From Candidatus Entotheonellaceae bacterium (lineage in GTDB: Bacteria; Tectomicrobia; Entotheonellia; Entotheonellales; Entotheonellaceae): a stretch of DNA of 64,000 nucleotides. Location: assembly GCA_965238075.1 (NCBI GenBank), contig OZ250173.1, positions 1,376,001 through 1,440,000 of the forward strand, written 5' to 3'. This document shows positions 60,992-64,000 of the stretch, piece after piece. Below the pieces are notes generated by a model. That model made no database searches, was not told the origin of the DNA, and saw only the letters and a list, made by a program, of their open reading frames with translations. The translations under genes and the position numbers were made by a program. Within the stretch, counting starts at the first letter, position 1, and each line of letters starts with the position of its first letter.

Positions 60992-61944
60992 GGAGAGCAA
61001 TCATGCGTGTTGTGCTGGCGATGCTCTGGCTGATCGCGCTGTGCCTGCCGGTAAGCGCGGCGGAAGTCGTGCAGCGGTTTGATACCAACGGCGACGGCCA
61101 GATCGACCAATGGGAATACTACGAATCGGACGTCCTGACACGTCTGGAGAAGGACCGCGACCACGATCAGCGCGTCGATCACTGGGTGACGTACCGGGAC
61201 GGCAAAGCGGTGCAGGCCGAGTTCGATACCAACGGCTCGGGCAAGGCGGACCAGCACGAATTCTACGACGCCGACGGCGCCCTACAGCGCGTGACCAGCG
61301 ACGAGGACGGCGACGGCACCTTCGAGCAGCAACTCTTCTACGGCGCCGACAAGCAGCTTGAACGCCTCGAAAAGGACACCAACGGCGACGGCAATCCCGA
61401 CCAGTGGCAGACGTTCCAACAGGGCAAGGTGGCGCGCATCGCCCTGGATCAGGACTTCAGCGGCAAGCCCGAGCAGTGGCAGTCGTTCGACCCCTCGGGT
61501 AGCATGTCGCTGATCGAGATCGACAGCACCGGCAACGGCAAGGTGGACCAGTGGCACCGCTACACCGACGGCAAGGTCGGGCAGGTGGACATCGACGAGG
61601 ACGCCGACGGCAAAATCGACCAGATCATCCATTACGATGGGGAGGGCCGCATCGCCCGCGTGCTGCAGAACCTCGATGCCGACGGTAAGCCGCACGCCTG
61701 GATGGAATACAAGGAGGGCGTGCTCGCCAGCAGCGCCTTCGATACCAGCAACAACGGCCAGGCCGATCAATGGCACCACTACCACGCCGATGGGCATGTG
61801 GCGCGCATCGAATACGACCAGAACGGCGACGGCCGCCCGGACCAGTGGGAGCACTTCAAACCCGGCAGCACCGAGCCGCACAAGGTCGAGAGCGACACCA
61901 CCGGCGATGGCAAGGTGGACACCGTGTGGGAAACGTCAGGTTAA
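60988..61944 (+). CDS. Exported protein with 12 DxDxDG-like repeats (putative Ca-binding)
   Basis: Signal peptide; repeats such as DTNGDGQIDQW, DTNGDGNPDQW and DQNGDGRPDQW with a 22-23 aa period; start 60988 or 61003. Confidence 0.8.
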   Translation: MRRAIMRVVLAMLWLIALCLPVSAAEVVQRFDTNGDGQIDQWEYYESDVLTRLEKDRDHDQRVDHWVTYRDGKAVQAEFDTNGSGKADQHEFYDADGALQRVTSDEDGDGTFEQQLFYGADKQLERLEKDTNGDGNPDQWQTFQQGKVARIALDQDFSGKPEQWQSFDPSGSMSLIEIDSTGNGKVDQWHRYTDGKVGQVDIDEDADGKIDQIIHYDGEGRIARVLQNLDADGKPHAWMEYKEGVLASSAFDTSNNGQADQWHHYHADGHVARIEYDQNGDGRPDQWEHFKPGSTEPHKVESDTTGDGKVDTVWETSG

Positions 61945-61958
61945 TAAAGGGAGGGATG

Positions 61959-62270
61959 ATGGCCTACATCACGCTGAATAATTTCCAGGTGGCCGAGGAT
62001 CAGGCCGAGGGTTTTGAGCAACGCTGGCGCCAGCGCCGCAGCCGCTTGCAGGGCGTGCCCGGCTTCGAGAGCTTTCGCCTGCTGCGCGGCGAGACGTCCG
62101 AGGGCGCCGTGCATTACGCCTCGCACACCACCTGGGCCTCCAAGGAAGCCTTTGAAGCCTGGATGCACTCGGACCACTTCGTGCAAGCCCACCGCGGCGA
62201 TCCCCTGCCCAAGGGCATGGTCCTCGCCCACCCCCGCCTGCAATGCTTCGACGTCGTGCTGGAAACCTGA
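61959..62270 (+). CDS. IsdG/HmuQ-like heme-degrading monooxygenase (ABM family)
   Basis: GGAGG ribosome-binding site; MAYITLN(N7)NF.V, FEQRW, VPGF, W.SKEAFEAW..S.HF..AH, i.e. the Asn/Trp/His triad pattern. Confidence 0.75.
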   Translation: MAYITLNNFQVAEDQAEGFEQRWRQRRSRLQGVPGFESFRLLRGETSEGAVHYASHTTWASKEAFEAWMHSDHFVQAHRGDPLPKGMVLAHPRLQCFDVVLET

Positions 62271-62284
62271 GCCCGGCGCAGGCT

Positions 62285-62424
62285 GTAGGTCGGATTAGCG
62301 AAGCGTAATCCGACATTCCACTGTGCCCCCTCAGGCTGCTGCCGTCGGGTGACGCCTTCGGCTAACCCGGCCTACTTGAAGCCGCCAATCCACACAAGAT
62401 TCAGTCCGATACGGAAATGCTCTA
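62285..62424. repeat. Inverted REP pair (REPIN-like) plus a solo MITE-like end
   Basis: GTAGGTCGGATTAGCGAAGCGTAATCCGACA (62285-62315), gtcgggtgacgccttcggctaacccggcCTAC (62344-62375), cggaaatgctcta ending at 62424. Confidence 0.72.
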
Positions 62425-63610
62425 GCCGGCCACCACCTCGCGCAGCTTCTGCCGAAAGTGGGAAATGCCCGAGCTGCGCAGGAAGTGGCACGGCTTGTCC
62501 AGCGAGCGGCACAGCTTCTTGGCCGCGCTGGCCGTGCCGTGACTGACGCAGTCGACCGGACAAAACACCACGTTCGCCTGCCGGATGATCCGCGCCAGTT
62601 TCTTGTGCCCCTGATTCGCGCTGCCCTCGTACCGCATGCACAGGCCGCCGAGTTCGCTGATGGTCTGCTCGTAATGGCCGGACGCCTTGGTAAGCCCGCC
62701 GATCAGCGCCACCCGCTTGCCGTGCAGATCGAAGACGGGCCATTCGGGCAGCGGCGGCTCGCCGGGGGCGTCTTCGTTGGCAGAGTGGTCGTTGTTCGAC
62801 GGCAGCGTGCCTTCGTATGAAGCCACCGCGGCCGCAAGGCGCGCAGGGCGTCGCTCAGCCGGGCGACTTCATACTGCAACTTTCTGACGTCACGCAGCGT
62901 GACGCCTTGAGACGCCTGCGCGGCCTGGCTGCGGCGTTGCTTCTCCAACGCCGCGCAGTGCTGCTTGACCTCGTCCAGATCGCCTTGCAAGCGCGCGTTG
63001 TCCTGGTTCATCCGGGTATTCGCGCGCTGCGGGCTCTGCACGTCCTGCCGCAGGTTATCCCGTTCCGTTTCGAGTCGTTTCAGCGTTTGCTCCAGAGCCT
63101 CGCGTTCCGCATTCGCGGCTGCCGGGTCGGCATCGGAGTGGGGTTCGCCCCGGAATTGCGCGAGCAGCAGGCAGTGGCTGCGCAGGTGCAACTCCTCGAT
63201 GAAGAACTGCTCGATCGGGCGCACTTCCGGGCGCGGGTCGCTGCACACCGCCCACATCATGCCCGGCAGCAGGTTCGAAGACTGCACTTGCTCCTCGGCG
63301 AGCACCTCCGTCACCCTGGCGCGCACGGCCAGCGGCGGTAGCTGGGCAATCTGCGACACGAGCGCCGCGTGCCTGCGATTGAGGTAGCGCTGCACCTGCC
63401 TGGAAAACGGCGAATCCCGATGGCAGTGCTCGTGCGCCAGGTGGTAAAGGGCGAGGTCGCTATGGTTGGCGTCGGGCAGGGGATAGGATACTGGTAGCGG
63501 CGGCAGAGTTTAACGATGAGGTCGGGCGTCAAAGAAGCCGCGAAATTCTGGAATAACACCTCACACGACATGGTCCACAACTTGCGCCGGTTCAGGGCAG
63601 AGCTTGGCAT
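62422..63610 (-). pseudogene. DUF2325-domain protein split by two frameshifts
   Basis: MPSSALNRRKLW.. (63610), then ..LYHLAH..QRYLNRRH...MMWAVCSDP...coiled coil, then LHGKRVALIGG...VVFCPVDCVSH....KKLC....KP..LRSSG, in three frames (breaks near 63465 and 62835). Confidence 0.7.
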
Positions 63611-63652
63611 GAGGTCACTCCCCGAATATGGATGGTGTATCCAGTGGTAAAT

Positions 63653-63671
63653 AAAAATGACAATCATTATC
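63653..63671. promoter_or_regulatory. Fur box
   Basis: AAAAATGACAATCATTATC matches GATAATGATAATCATTATC at 16/19 positions, in an AT-rich patch about 45 nt upstream of the DUF2325 start. Confidence 0.75.
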
Positions 63672-63801
63672 AATATAATACATGCCGATTTCGGCCATGC
63701 AAACCCTCTTGAAGGTTGTATGTGGTGGATTACAGGGTGAGATGAAGCCCGTCGTTCGAGTTACTCGGCAGCAGGTTCGCCGGTCGGCAGAGATGCAGGT
63801 C

Positions 63802-63999
63802 TCAACCAAGCTTCAACTCTTCGGAGACCTTGGAAAGCAGCGCGTTGATGGTCTCCACCCCTGTCGTGTCGGGGGCGGATTCTCCCTCTGATTCGATGCG
63901 GACATTGAACCTGAGGGTGCTGCCGGCAGCGGCCTTGGCTATGGCTCTGAGCAACCCGGGGGGCTTGGGCTTGTAAGGGGTTCCTTCACCTTCGCGGAT
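63802..63999 (-). CDS. C-terminal end of a gene entering from outside the window, possibly DUF499-ATPase-like
   Basis: Open frame ..PKPPGLLRAIAKAAAGSTLRFNVRIESEGESAPDTTGVETINALLSKVSEELKLG*; the family guess is recalled resemblance only. Confidence 0.35.
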   Translation of the reverse strand: MREGEGTPYKPKPPGLLRAIAKAAAGSTLRFNVRIESEGESAPDTTGVETINALLSKVSEELKLG

Positions 64000-64000
64000 G

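Noticed and set aside
59501-61000. 499-aa antisense ORF with His/Arg repeats
   Set aside because: Mirror of the tonB tandem repeat; no independent evidence of coding.

Overview
High-GC bacterial window, mostly metabolic and envelope genes mixed with decaying accessory genes. The fibronectin-III surface protein and overall gene style suggest a host- or sponge-associated lineage such as Tectomicrobia/Entotheonella, but this is inference only. The main signal, which the ORF track splits, is a minus-strand glycine/sarcosine/betaine reductase-like operon, grdB-grdE-grdC-grdA (9033-13841). GrdB (UGTCNRC) and GrdA (CFVU) each carry an in-frame TGA followed by a SECIS-like hairpin, so both look like selenoproteins. 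The operon is atypical: the GrdE-like subunit lacks the Cys processing/pyruvoyl site, and no grdD or trxAB lies in the window. Other notable items: a Trp-rich leader peptide upstream of trpEG; a ~190-205 bp MITE-like repeat whose end supplies the TAG stop codon of four different genes; GTAG-type REPs; a heme-oxygenase-like diiron enzyme translationally coupled to a ferrochelatase carrying an extra 4-Cys insertion; a TBDR-exbBD-tonB-(DxDxDG repeat protein)-isdG-like operon; a Fur box; a sigma-54 promoter; an IS5 element; a lipoprotein island (COG3014/YcfL fusion, LpoB, CsgG-like); and many broken genes (acetamidase, DUF3226, restriction enzyme, a lipid-modification cluster, DUF2325). All family calls come from motif recognition by eye; no database search was run.
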